32,615 bases of DNA from Armatimonadota bacterium (GTDB taxonomy: Bacteria > Sysuimicrobiota > Sysuimicrobiia > Sysuimicrobiales > Humicultoraceae). Every line of letters starts with the position of its first letter. Position 1 is the stretch's first letter. Location: the NCBI GenBank assembly GCA_037446215.1, contig JBBIJB010000008.1:1-32615 (forward strand). The letters are read 5' to 3'. Made by a program: the position numbers and the translations under genes. The notes beneath the pieces are model-generated. The model worked only from the letters and a program-made list of their open reading frames with translations. It was not told the origin of the DNA and made no database searches. Positions 1 through 8,560 of this stretch are shown here, piece after piece.

Positions 1-57
1 CGGTACACTCAGGAAAGGGGGTAAAGTGTACGGCATCTACTGAACTCCTACACGCCG

Positions 58-87
58 TTGACAGGCTTTCCGGCGCAACTGTACGAT
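58..87 (+). promoter_or_regulatory. Putative sigma70 promoter for the ferredoxin gene
   Basis: TTGACA (58-63), 18-nt spacer, TACGAT (82-87). SD-like AAGGAGGT lies just upstream of GTG 116. Confidence 0.65.
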
Positions 88-115
88 GGGGCAGTGACTT
101 GAAGGAGGTGGAAAG

Positions 116-481
116 GTGGCGTACATCGTCGCGGAGCCATGCATCGGCGTCAAGGATCGCGCATGCGTCGAGGTCTGCCCGGTCGACTGCATCTACGAGT
201 ACACGGAGGAGTCCGGGTCGTTCGTGGTTCCCGACCCGTCGACGGGATCGGGAACCGACAAGACGGTTGTCCCCCGGGGAACCTCGACCAAGACCCCGTC
301 GGATCAGCTCACCAAGGAACAGATGCTCTCCATGCTCTTCATCCACCCCGACGAGTGCATAGACTGCGGGGCGTGTGAGTCCGCCTGCCCGGTCTCGGCG
401 ATCTTCGCGGAGAGCGATGTGCCGGAGAAGTGGAACAGCTTCATCGAGATGAACTACAAGGCGTTTGGGGTCTCGAAGTAG
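116..481 (+). CDS. 7Fe ([3Fe-4S]+[4Fe-4S]) dicluster ferredoxin with a ~41-aa internal insertion
   Basis: Motifs C-x7-C-x3-CPVDC and CIDCGACxxxCPV, plus a C-terminal VPEKW..FI..N helix typical of Bacillus/Thermus/Mycobacterium FdxA-type ferredoxins. Strong SD, GTG start. Confidence 0.93.
   Translation: MAYIVAEPCIGVKDRACVEVCPVDCIYEYTEESGSFVVPDPSTGSGTDKTVVPRGTSTKTPSDQLTKEQMLSMLFIHPDECIDCGACESACPVSAIFAESDVPEKWNSFIEMNYKAFGVSK
226..256. repeat. Near-perfect 31-nt palindrome inside the ferredoxin insertion
   Basis: GGTTCCCGA-CCCGTC|GACGGG-A-TCGGGAACC: 15 complementary pairs and one bulged A (247). Confidence 0.85.
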
Positions 482-511
482 CGGGCGGGTACTAGCAGGA
501 CTTCTTCCCAG

Positions 512-553
512 TCACCTCCCGGCGGCTCGCCAGATCCGCCGCCGGCGAGGTGA
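512..553 (+). terminator. Stem-loop downstream of the ferredoxin (terminator or stabiliser candidate)
   Basis: TCACCTC-CCGGCGGC (512-526) pairs with GCCGCCGG-c-GAGGTGA (538-553). 15 bp, 11-nt loop, no long U tract. Confidence 0.5.
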
Positions 554-573
554 TTCCATGCACGGGCATCGGG

Positions 574-579
574 TATAAT
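574..579 (+). promoter_or_regulatory. Putative -10 box for the acc operon
   Basis: Perfect TATAAT in a GC-rich context about 60 nt upstream of ATG 640. No convincing -35. Confidence 0.5.
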
Positions 580-639
580 CCTCCAACAGACGCGCACCTC
601 CACACCCGGGTCCGTCCGTCACCTCATGCGAGGCGCTGA

Positions 640-2511
640 ATGCTGAACTGGCTGCGCCGACCCAAGCACGGCTCGATAGAGCGCCGGGACATACCGGCAG
701 GGCTCTGGCTCAAGTGCGCCCGGTGCGGCGGAACGATCTACCACAGGGACCTCGAGCGCAGCCTCAAGGTCTGCCCCGGGTGCTCCTTCCACAACAGGCT
801 GACCGCCGAGGAGCGCCTCGCCGTGACGCTCGACAAGGAGTCGTTCGAGGAGGTCGAGGCGGGGCTGACCTCGGGCGATCCCCTGGGCTTCGACGGCTAC
901 CGCGAGAAGCTGGCCGAGGCGCGCGACCGGACGGGCGATACCGAGGCAGTCATCGTTGGGCTTGGAACCATAGAGGGCGTGCCGGTGGCGGTGGCCGCCA
1001 TGGACTTCGCGTTCATGGGGGGCTCGATGGGCTCGGTGGTGGGCGAGAAGATCACGCGGATCGCCGAGCGCGCGCTCTCCGCAGGGCTTCCCTTGATCAT
1101 CTTCGCCTCGTCGGGGGGAGCCAGGATGCAGGAGGGCGCCCTCTCCCTGATGCAGCTCGCCAAGACGAGCGCGGCGGTCGCGCGCCTCCATGAGGCGCGC
1201 CTGCCCTACATCTCGGTCATGTGCGATCCCACCACGGGCGGCGTGACCGCGAGCTTCGCCTTTCAGGGCGACGTGTTGATCGCCGAGCCCGGGGCCATGA
1301 TCGGGTTCGCGGGCCGGCGCGTGATAGAGCAGACCATACGGCGGAAGTTGCCCGCCGACTTCCAGACGGCGGAGTTCTGCCTGGGGCACGGGCTCATAGA
1401 CATGGTCGTCGCCCGTGGTGAGATACGAACCACGCTCTCCAGGCTCCTCAGGCTGCTGGGGAAGGCGGAAACTCCGGGCCCTCCCCAGCCGCAGTCGGAG
1501 GCCCCGGAGCCGAAGACGCGAAGGGAACTCCCGGAGCGAGACAGGGCAGGCGAGGCGCGGGCGATGGAAGCCGAGGCGCAGCTGGGCGAGCTGCGGCGAG
1601 AGATCGAGGCTCTCTCCCGCCGGGCCGGCAGGGGAGACGAGGAGGCCCGGGCCCTGCGGGCCAGGGCAGAAGAACGAGCGTCACACCTGGCGCGCTCCCT
1701 GGAGGCGACGCGACCTCCGTGGCAGGCGGTGGCGATCGCGCGCCACCACCAGCGGCCGAAGGCCCAGGAGTTCGCTGGCGCCCTGCTTGATGGAGTGGTC
1801 GAGCTGCACGGCGACCGGCTGTTCCGCGACGATCCGGCGATGTTCGCGGGGCTGGGGTGGTTCGAGGGAAGGCCGGTGGCGGTCCTGGCACCCAGGAAGG
1901 GCAGGGACACCCGTGAGAACCTGGCCTTCAACTTCGGCATGCCCTCCCCCGAGGGCTACAGGAAGGCGCTGCGGGTTATGCGGCTCGCCGAGAAGTTCGG
2001 GCTGCCGCTGGTCAGCATCGTCGACACCCCCGCGGCCTACCCGGGCGACTCGGCCGAGGAGCGCGGACAGGCCGAGGCGATCTCGCGCAACATACTGGAG
2101 ATGACGCGCCTGCGCACGCCGGTCGTGGTCGTGATAACCGGCGAGGGAGGCAGCGGCGGAGCACTGGCGATAGCGGTCGGGGACTCGGTGCTCATGCTGG
2201 AGCACGCCGTCTACACGGTGATCCCGCCGGAGGGCTGCGCGGCAATACTCTGGCGTGACGCGGCCAGATCCCGGGAGGCGGCTGCGGCGCTGCGGCTCAC
2301 GGCGGCAGAGCTCCAGGGCCTCGGCATCGCCGACGAGGTCGTCGGCGAGCCCGAGGGCGGCGCGCACGCGGACCCGCAGGCGGCGATAGCAGCGGTGAGG
2401 GATGCCGTGAGGAGACACCTGGGAGCGCTGGAAGGCCTCCCCGTCGAGGAGCTGCTGTCCCGCCGCTATGCAAAGTACCGGGCGATGGGATACTATGAGG
2501 AACAATCATGA
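640..2511 (+). CDS. accDA: Fused acetyl-CoA carboxylase carboxyltransferase beta (AccD) + alpha (AccA)
   Basis: N-half: LWLKCARC...CPGC zinc finger, FMGGSMGSVVGEK, SGGARMQEG, PTTGGVTASF. C-half: ELHGDR, NFGMPSPEGYRKALR, DTPAAYPG..AEERGQ, GEGGSGGA. One uninterrupted ORF. Confidence 0.96.
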   Translation: MLNWLRRPKHGSIERRDIPAGLWLKCARCGGTIYHRDLERSLKVCPGCSFHNRLTAEERLAVTLDKESFEEVEAGLTSGDPLGFDGYREKLAEARDRTGDTEAVIVGLGTIEGVPVAVAAMDFAFMGGSMGSVVGEKITRIAERALSAGLPLIIFASSGGARMQEGALSLMQLAKTSAAVARLHEARLPYISVMCDPTTGGVTASFAFQGDVLIAEPGAMIGFAGRRVIEQTIRRKLPADFQTAEFCLGHGLIDMVVARGEIRTTLSRLLRLLGKAETPGPPQPQSEAPEPKTRRELPERDRAGEARAMEAEAQLGELRREIEALSRRAGRGDEEARALRARAEERASHLARSLEATRPPWQAVAIARHHQRPKAQEFAGALLDGVVELHGDRLFRDDPAMFAGLGWFEGRPVAVLAPRKGRDTRENLAFNFGMPSPEGYRKALRVMRLAEKFGLPLVSIVDTPAAYPGDSAEERGQAEAISRNILEMTRLRTPVVVVITGEGGSGGALAIAVGDSVLMLEHAVYTVIPPEGCAAILWRDAARSREAAAALRLTAAELQGLGIADEVVGEPEGGAHADPQAAIAAVRDAVRRHLGALEGLPVEELLSRRYAKYRAMGYYEEQS

Positions 2512-2996
2512 CGGACAGGATCGACTTCGATCAGGTTCGTGAGGTCGTGCGCATAGCGGCCGAGGCCGAGATCGCCGAGCTCGAGGTGGAGACCCCCACC
2601 CTAAAGGTGCGCGTGCGGAAGGGCTCTGGGTCCGCGGCGGGCACCGATGAGCCCAGCGTGAGCGCGGCGCAGCCGGGCGGCGTGCCCGGCGACCTGACGG
2701 GCTCATGGCGGGAGGGCGGCGAGGCGACCGGCAGGCCGTCAGACAACCACCTGCTCCCGCTGGTGGCACCGATGGTCGGGACCTTCTATCGCTCCTCTGG
2801 CCCGGAAGCGTCGCCGTTCGTGGAGGAGGGCGACCTGGTCGAGCCCGGCCAGGTGGTGTGCGTGATCGAAGCGATGAAGCTGTTCAACGAGATCCAGGCC
2901 GAGATGCGGGGACGGGTCGCCCGCGTCCTCGTGGACAACGCCTCCCCGGTCGAGTACGGGCAGCCCCTGTTCCTCCTCGCCCCTCCCTCTTCCTAG
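2508..2996 (+). CDS. accB: Biotin carboxyl carrier protein
   Basis: APMVGTFYR, IEAMKLFNEI (biotinylated Lys), VEYGQPLF. ATGA overlap with accDA. Confidence 0.96.
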   Translation: MTDRIDFDQVREVVRIAAEAEIAELEVETPTLKVRVRKGSGSAAGTDEPSVSAAQPGGVPGDLTGSWREGGEATGRPSDNHLLPLVAPMVGTFYRSSGPEASPFVEEGDLVEPGQVVCVIEAMKLFNEIQAEMRGRVARVLVDNASPVEYGQPLFLLAPPSS

Positions 2997-3005
2997 GCAG
3001 GGTAG

Positions 3006-4358
3006 ATGTTTCGCAAGGTGCTTGTTGCCAACCGCGGCGAGATCGCGGTCCGGATCATCAGGGCCTGCCGAGAGCTAGGGATAGCCACCGCGACGATCTA
3101 CTCCGAGGCGGACAGGGAGTCGCTCCATGTCAGGCTTGCGGACGAGGCGTTCTGCGTGGGCCCGGCCCCGGCCACGGGCTCGTACCTCAACATCCCGAAC
3201 ATCATGGGCACCGCTGAGTTGCTCGGAGTGGACGCGATCCACCCGGGCTACGGCTTCCTCTCCGAGAACCCGCGCTTCGCCGAGATGGTATCCGACTGCA
3301 AGATCGCCTTCATCGGCCCCCCGCCGCACGCGATAGAGGCGATGGGCGACAAGTCCGCGGCCCGGGCCCAGATGATGAAGGCAGGGATCCCCGTGATCCC
3401 CGGAAGCCACGGCCCTGTCTCCAGCGAAGCGGAGGCGCGAGACGCCGCGCGTGCCACCGGATACCCGCTGATGATCAAGGCGTCCGCAGGGGGCGGCGGC
3501 CGCGGCATGCGGGCCGTCCACACCCAGGGGGATCTGACCGCGGCCCTGCGGGCGGCAAGGGTCGAGGCAGAGGCGGCCTTCGGCGACGGCCGGGTCTACA
3601 TAGAGAAGTACATGGACGAGCCCAGGCACCTCGAGGTGCAGGTCATCGCCGACAGCCACGGCACGGTGGCGCACCTGGGGAGCAGGGACTGCTCGGTGCA
3701 GCGGAGGCACCAGAAGCTACTGGAGGAAGCTCCTCCGCCCAGGCTGCGCGAGCGAACCCTGGCGGCGCTGACGCGCGCCGCGGTGCGCGCGGCGGCGACG
3801 GTCGGCTACGTGAACGCCGGCACCGTGGAGTTCCTGGTCGACCAGCACGACAGCATCTACTTCATGGAGATGAACACGCGGCTTCAGGTGGAGCACCCGG
3901 TCACGGAGATGGTCACCGGCGTCGACATAGTCAAGGAGCAGATCAGGATCGCCGCGGGCGAGCGGCTCTCGTTCTCGCAGCGCGATGTCGAGTTCCGGGG
4001 GCACGCGCTCGAGTGCAGGGTCAACGCGGAGGATCCCCAGCACGGCTTCCGGCCGTCGGCCGGGACGATCACTACCTTCAGCCCTCCGGGAGGGCCCGGC
4101 GTCCGGGTGGACACCCACTGCTATCCGGGCTACAGGGTTCCTCCCCACTACGACTCGCTGATAGCCAAGGTCGCGACTTGGGGCAGTGACCGGGAGGAGG
4201 CGATCGCCCGGATGCGCCGCGCCCTTCTCGAGTTCGAGGTCGGCGGTATCCGAACCACGATACCGTTCCACCTCAGGGTGCTCGACAACGCCTTCTTCCG
4301 GCGGGGCGAGGTCTACACCAACTTCGTCCAGAGGCGGATCGAGGTCGGCCCTCAGTAG
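3006..4358 (+). CDS. accC: Biotin carboxylase
   Basis: KVLVANRGEIAVR, HPGYGFLSEN, KASAGGGGRGM, RDCSVQRRHQK, EMNTRLQVEH, YDSLIAK. Confidence 0.97.
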   Translation: MFRKVLVANRGEIAVRIIRACRELGIATATIYSEADRESLHVRLADEAFCVGPAPATGSYLNIPNIMGTAELLGVDAIHPGYGFLSENPRFAEMVSDCKIAFIGPPPHAIEAMGDKSAARAQMMKAGIPVIPGSHGPVSSEAEARDAARATGYPLMIKASAGGGGRGMRAVHTQGDLTAALRAARVEAEAAFGDGRVYIEKYMDEPRHLEVQVIADSHGTVAHLGSRDCSVQRRHQKLLEEAPPPRLRERTLAALTRAAVRAAATVGYVNAGTVEFLVDQHDSIYFMEMNTRLQVEHPVTEMVTGVDIVKEQIRIAAGERLSFSQRDVEFRGHALECRVNAEDPQHGFRPSAGTITTFSPPGGPGVRVDTHCYPGYRVPPHYDSLIAKVATWGSDREEAIARMRRALLEFEVGGIRTTIPFHLRVLDNAFFRRGEVYTNFVQRRIEVGPQ

Positions 4359-5323
4359 CCCCGGGGCGACCCACCCTTCCTGTCCAGCACGACCGCCGCC
4401 GCGCCCACCGCCCCCACATCCGGTCCAAGCGCCGCCGGCACGACCCGTACGGCCCCTGCCGGGCGCGGCAGCGCCTCCTCCGACACGATCCGCCGCACCG
4501 GCCCGAACAGCAGCTCCCCTGCTCCCGCCACCCCACCGCCGATGATGACGGCGGCGGGATTCAGCAGGTTCACCAGGTTCGCCACACCCACGCCCACGTG
4601 GGCCGCGGCGCGCGCGAAGAGCTCACGCGCCAGGGGATCACCCTCTGCCGCCGCGCGCGCGACCTCCTCGGCGGTCAACGCCTCCGTCGGAAGCGCCGCA
4701 AGGGTGCTGGCGCGGCCCGAGGCGACCGCCTCCAGCGCCGCGCGGGCGATGGCGGTCCCGGAGGCGGCGGCCTCCAGGCACCCGACCCTGCCGCAGCCGC
4801 ACCTGCGCCCCCCCGGATCCACGAGCATGTGCCCCACCTCGCCCGCCGTCCCCGAACTGCCGCGGTAGAGCCTGCCCCCCAGTATGAGGCCGCCGCCTAT
4901 CCCGGTGCTCACCGTCAAGTACACCAGGTCGTCTATCCCCCGACCGGCGCCCGCCCACCTCTCCCCGAGGGCGGCGGCGTTCGCGTCGTTCTCCACGTAG
5001 GTCGGAACGCCGAGCCGGGCTTCGAGCATCTGCGCGAGCGGGACCTTACCCCATCCGGCCATGTTGGGCGGGTCGTAGATCACGCCCGACTCTGGATCGA
5101 GCGGGCCCGGCGCCCCTACCCCCACGCCGTCAGCCCTGCGGATGTCGAACCCGGTCCGCCCGGCGATGGCGCGCAGCCCCTCGGCCACGGCGTCTATCAC
5201 GGAGTCGGGGCCGCCGACCGGCGTGGGGGTCCGCTCCCGGTCCAGGACCCTGCCCTCCCTGTCGACCAGGGCGGTCAGGATCTTGGTGCCTCCCAGGTCT
5301 ATCCCTATCAGCCCGCCCGACAC
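4352..5323 (-). CDS. glk: ROK-family sugar kinase (glucokinase-like)
   Basis: GIDLGGTK, ENDANAAALGE, STGIGGG, GEVGH, CGCGRVGCLE zinc motif. No N-terminal HTH. GGAGG precedes the GTG start. Confidence 0.9.
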   Translation of the reverse strand: MSGGLIGIDLGGTKILTALVDREGRVLDRERTPTPVGGPDSVIDAVAEGLRAIAGRTGFDIRRADGVGVGAPGPLDPESGVIYDPPNMAGWGKVPLAQMLEARLGVPTYVENDANAAALGERWAGAGRGIDDLVYLTVSTGIGGGLILGGRLYRGSSGTAGEVGHMLVDPGGRRCGCGRVGCLEAAASGTAIARAALEAVASGRASTLAALPTEALTAEEVARAAAEGDPLARELFARAAAHVGVGVANLVNLLNPAAVIIGGGVAGAGELLFGPVRRIVSEEALPRPAGAVRVVPAALGPDVGAVGAAAVVLDRKGGSPRGY

Positions 5324-5478
5324 CCACCCACCTCCGAAGCGTAGTCAGATGCTCTTCTTCCACCCGGGCGCCTGGTGTCCTGGCGGGTTTCTTGGGGCTG
5401 TGCCGGGGCAGAGAGGAGGAGGCGGCCCGGCATCCGAAGTAGTTGTCACTTTCCCCAAGTCGCAGGAGGGTTGCCAGC

Positions 5479-6378
5479 ATGACAGACGCCGTCTCGTTCT
5501 TCACGTACGTCGCGGCGATCGTGATCGTCGGCTTCATGATACTGAGCTCGGCGATCAAGATCGTGCGCGAGTACCAACGCCTGGTCGTGTTCCGGTTCGG
5601 GCGCTCCCGCGGCCCGAAGGGGCCGGGCATCGTCTTCCTGATACCCGGGATCGACCGGGCGGTCTGGGTGGACCTGAGGGAGCTGTTCCTGGAGATCCCG
5701 TCCCAGACCTGTATCACACGCGACAACGCGCCGATCAACATCGACTTCCTCATCTACTTCAAGGTCGTGATCCCCGAGCACTCGGTGATCCAGGTCGCCG
5801 ACTTCGCGGGCGCGGCGCGCGGAATAGCGACCACGACGCTCCGGGCGGTCATCGGCGACATCGTCCTCGACGACGTCCTGGCCCGACGCGAGCAGATCAA
5901 CCAGGTGCTGCGCGCCAAGCTCGACGAGGTCACCGAGCGGTGGGGCGTCAAGGTCACCACCGTGGAGATCCGTGAGATCCTGCCGCCCAAGGACGTGCAG
6001 GAGGCTATGACCCGCCAGATGTCGGCCGAGTGCACCCGCCGCGCGGTCGTCACCGAGGCCGACGGCAAGAAGCAGGCCACGATCACCGTGGCCGAGGGCG
6101 ACAAGCAGTCGGCCATTCTCCGTGCGGAGGGCGAGCGCCAGGCGGCGCTCCTGCGCGCCGAGGGATTCGCGCTGGCCCTGGACGCGATCTTCAAGGTGGC
6201 CAAGACCGTGGACAGCAAGACCATGGCGCTGCAGTACCTGGAGGCGCTCAAGGGGCTCGGCGCAGGCCCGGCCACGAAGTTCGTCTTCCCGCTGGAGTTC
6301 ACCAAGCTGCTGGGTCCCCTGACCGAGATGACCTCGAAGGGGTTCGGCCGGAAGGAGTCGGAGGGGGAGGCCGAGTAG
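5479..6378 (+). CDS. SPFH/band 7 (stomatin/QmcA-like) membrane protein
   Basis: N-terminal TM helix, EYQRLVVFRFG, ITRDN, TTLRAVIG, WGVKVTTVEI, AEG repeats. ATG 5479 follows AGGAGG and is preferred over 5443. Confidence 0.92.
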   Translation: MTDAVSFFTYVAAIVIVGFMILSSAIKIVREYQRLVVFRFGRSRGPKGPGIVFLIPGIDRAVWVDLRELFLEIPSQTCITRDNAPINIDFLIYFKVVIPEHSVIQVADFAGAARGIATTTLRAVIGDIVLDDVLARREQINQVLRAKLDEVTERWGVKVTTVEIREILPPKDVQEAMTRQMSAECTRRAVVTEADGKKQATITVAEGDKQSAILRAEGERQAALLRAEGFALALDAIFKVAKTVDSKTMALQYLEALKGLGAGPATKFVFPLEFTKLLGPLTEMTSKGFGRKESEGEAE

Positions 6379-6417
6379 GCCCGGCCTCGTCGCCGGCCAG
6401 ACCGTCACCTGCACGGA

Positions 6418-6447
6418 CAGGGGGGCGCCGCTCGCGGCGCCCCCCTG
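6418..6447. terminator. GC-rich hairpin between the convergent SPFH and TRAP permease genes
   Basis: CAGGGGGGCGCCG-CTCG-CGGCGCCCCCCTG: perfect 13-bp stem with a tetraloop. No U tract on either side. Confidence 0.7.
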
Positions 6448-6454
6448 CTGCCGG

Positions 6455-8446
6455 CTAGTCGGGCTTTCGCAGAAACCGCTGCGACAGATAGGCGGCGACT
6501 ATCAAGCCGGCGCCCAGCAGGTCGGTCTTGATCCCGGGATGGATCAGGCTGAACGCGGCGGCCACCATCAGCGCGCGTTCGTAGAGGGCCATCCGCCGCA
6601 GGAAGTAGCCCTGCGTCCCCACGACAAAGGCAAGCATGCCCACGGTCGCGGTGATGACAACGTGGGCGCCGTCGGCGAACCCGCTTATGTTGAGAAGCAG
6701 AAGCTCAGGGTTGAAGAAGAACAGGAACGGCAGTATCGCGGTCCGCATGTCGTAGATGAAGCCCTGGATGCCCGTCCTTATCGGATCGCCTCGGGCGATC
6801 GCCGCGGCGGCGTAGGCGGCGAGCCCCACCGGCGGCGTGTCGTCGGCCAGGATCCCGAAGAAGAAGACGAACAGGTGGATCGCCACCAGCGGGACCTCGA
6901 TGCCGGCCGCCTTGGTCAGGTTGACGATCACCGGCGCCACCAGCGCCGCCATTATGATGTAGTTGGCGGTCGTCGGCACACCCATGCCCAGCACCAGGGA
7001 GGCCACCGCCGCGAGCCCCAGGACCACGTAGATGTTCCCGCCCGAGAGCGCCTCGACGATGTCCGTCAGCCCGAAGCCCAGCCCGGTCATCGTCACGATG
7101 CCGACGACGATTCCAGCCGCGGCCGTGGCGATCGCGACCGTCACCATGTTGCGGGCCCCGGCCTCGAGCCCTCCGATCACGCCGTCAGCCGCCCTGGCGA
7201 GGCCGGCCCACAGCCCGTCGCGACGGCTCAGAGCCTGCCAGACCTCCTGCACCACTATCAGGCCGATCAGCACGAAGGTGGCGTTGAGGGCGCTTCGCTC
7301 CGGGGTCAGACGCACGACGATCAGGAGGTAGAGCAGGTAGGCGACCGGGATCAGGAAGTGCAGGCCCGATCGCAGCGTGGGCCAGAAGGGCGGCAGCTCG
7401 CTTCGGGGCACCGGCCGCAGGTTAAGCTTGAGCGCCTCGAGGTGCGTGACCGCGAACAGGCCGATGTAGCTGATGACCGCCGGGAGGAAGGCGTGGATGA
7501 TCAACTGCCCGTAGGGCATCCCGAGGAAGTCGGCCATTATGAACGCCGCCGCCCCCATCACCGGCGGCATCAACTGGCCGTTGGTCGAGGCGGCCACCTC
7601 GGTGGCGCCCGCCTTCTCGGCAGGGTAGCCCACCTTCTTCATCAGCGGTATGGTGAAGGTTCCGGTTGTTACCACGTTGGCTATCGAAGAGCCTGAGATT
7701 ACGCCGGTGAACATGCTGCCCACGACCGCCGCCTTCGCGGGCCCTCCTCGAAAGGTGCCGAGCACGCTGTAGGCGAGGTCGACGAAGAACTTGCCCGCGC
7801 CCGCCCGGTCGAGCAGCGCGCCGAAGAGGACGAAGAGGAACACGAAGGTCGCCGAGACCCGTATGGGCGTTCCCCAGATCCCCTCGCTGGTCAGGTAGAG
7901 CTGTTGGACGATCTGGGTCCACTTGTAGCCGCTGTGCAGGTAGAGGATGTCCGGGGGCTGAATCGGCAGGATGCCCTTGGGGCCCATGGCGGCATAGCCG
8001 ATCAGGATCGCCGCGATGATGGGCAGGGCCGGACCGATCACGCGGAACGCCGCGATGAAGAGCATTATCAGCGCGACCGTTCCCATCACGGCGTCCGGGG
8101 TGTTGGGGACGCCGCCGCGAAGCGCCACGATGCCGTAGTACTCGACGACGATGTAAATCGAACCCGCCGCGCCCAGCGCCGCCAGCACCCAGTCGAGCAC
8201 AGGGATCCTGTCCCTGGGACCGCCCCGCCGCGAGGGGTAGACGAGGAACGCGAGCGCGAAGCCGAACGCCAGGTGCAGCGGCCCCAGGCGCAGGGGGTCC
8301 ATGGTACCTGCCCACGTCGCCCACAGCTGGAAGAGGCTCCAGGAGATCGCGAGCAGGAAGAGCAGGCGGCGCAGCAACGGGTTGCGGGGGTTCCGCGCCC
8401 CGTACTCGACGGTCTGCATGATCTCCTTGGCCTTGTCCTCGCTCAT
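6455..8446 (-). CDS. TRAP transporter fused DctQM (4TM/12TM) permease, TAXI type
   Basis: RGGPAKAAV, SGSSIANVVTTGTFTIP, ASTNGQLMPPVMGAAAF, LGMGVPTTANY, ADDTPPVG and many TM segments. ATG 8446 has a purine-rich SD. Confidence 0.94.
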   Translation of the reverse strand: MSEDKAKEIMQTVEYGARNPRNPLLRRLLFLLAISWSLFQLWATWAGTMDPLRLGPLHLAFGFALAFLVYPSRRGGPRDRIPVLDWVLAALGAAGSIYIVVEYYGIVALRGGVPNTPDAVMGTVALIMLFIAAFRVIGPALPIIAAILIGYAAMGPKGILPIQPPDILYLHSGYKWTQIVQQLYLTSEGIWGTPIRVSATFVFLFVLFGALLDRAGAGKFFVDLAYSVLGTFRGGPAKAAVVGSMFTGVISGSSIANVVTTGTFTIPLMKKVGYPAEKAGATEVAASTNGQLMPPVMGAAAFIMADFLGMPYGQLIIHAFLPAVISYIGLFAVTHLEALKLNLRPVPRSELPPFWPTLRSGLHFLIPVAYLLYLLIVVRLTPERSALNATFVLIGLIVVQEVWQALSRRDGLWAGLARAADGVIGGLEAGARNMVTVAIATAAAGIVVGIVTMTGLGFGLTDIVEALSGGNIYVVLGLAAVASLVLGMGVPTTANYIIMAALVAPVIVNLTKAAGIEVPLVAIHLFVFFFGILADDTPPVGLAAYAAAAIARGDPIRTGIQGFIYDMRTAILPFLFFFNPELLLLNISGFADGAHVVITATVGMLAFVVGTQGYFLRRMALYERALMVAAAFSLIHPGIKTDLLGAGLIVAAYLSQRFLRKPD

Positions 8447-8526
8447 CGGGCAGGGGCTCCCTTCCTGAAGGCGCACGGCACATCGTTGGGGTCGTGTCGC
8501 AGAGCCACGAAGCCCCATTCAACGAG

Positions 8527-8560
8527 GGAGGCCCGGCACCCTTGTCGGTGCCGGGCCTCC
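8527..8560. terminator. Perfect 14-bp hairpin between the TAXI SBP and permease genes
   Basis: GGAGGCCCGGCACC-CTTGTC-GGTGCCGGGCCTCC. Confidence 0.7.

Noticed and set aside
3..31. Inverted repeat GTACACT...AGTGTAC at the window start
   Set aside because: Only 7 bp with a 15-nt spacer and the upstream context is cut off. It could be an operator but cannot be supported.
200..331. Intein or self-splicing intron in the ferredoxin
   Set aside because: Too short, lacks the intein C/S start with HN-C/S/T end, and shows no group I/II intron hallmarks. It is kept only as an insertion finding.
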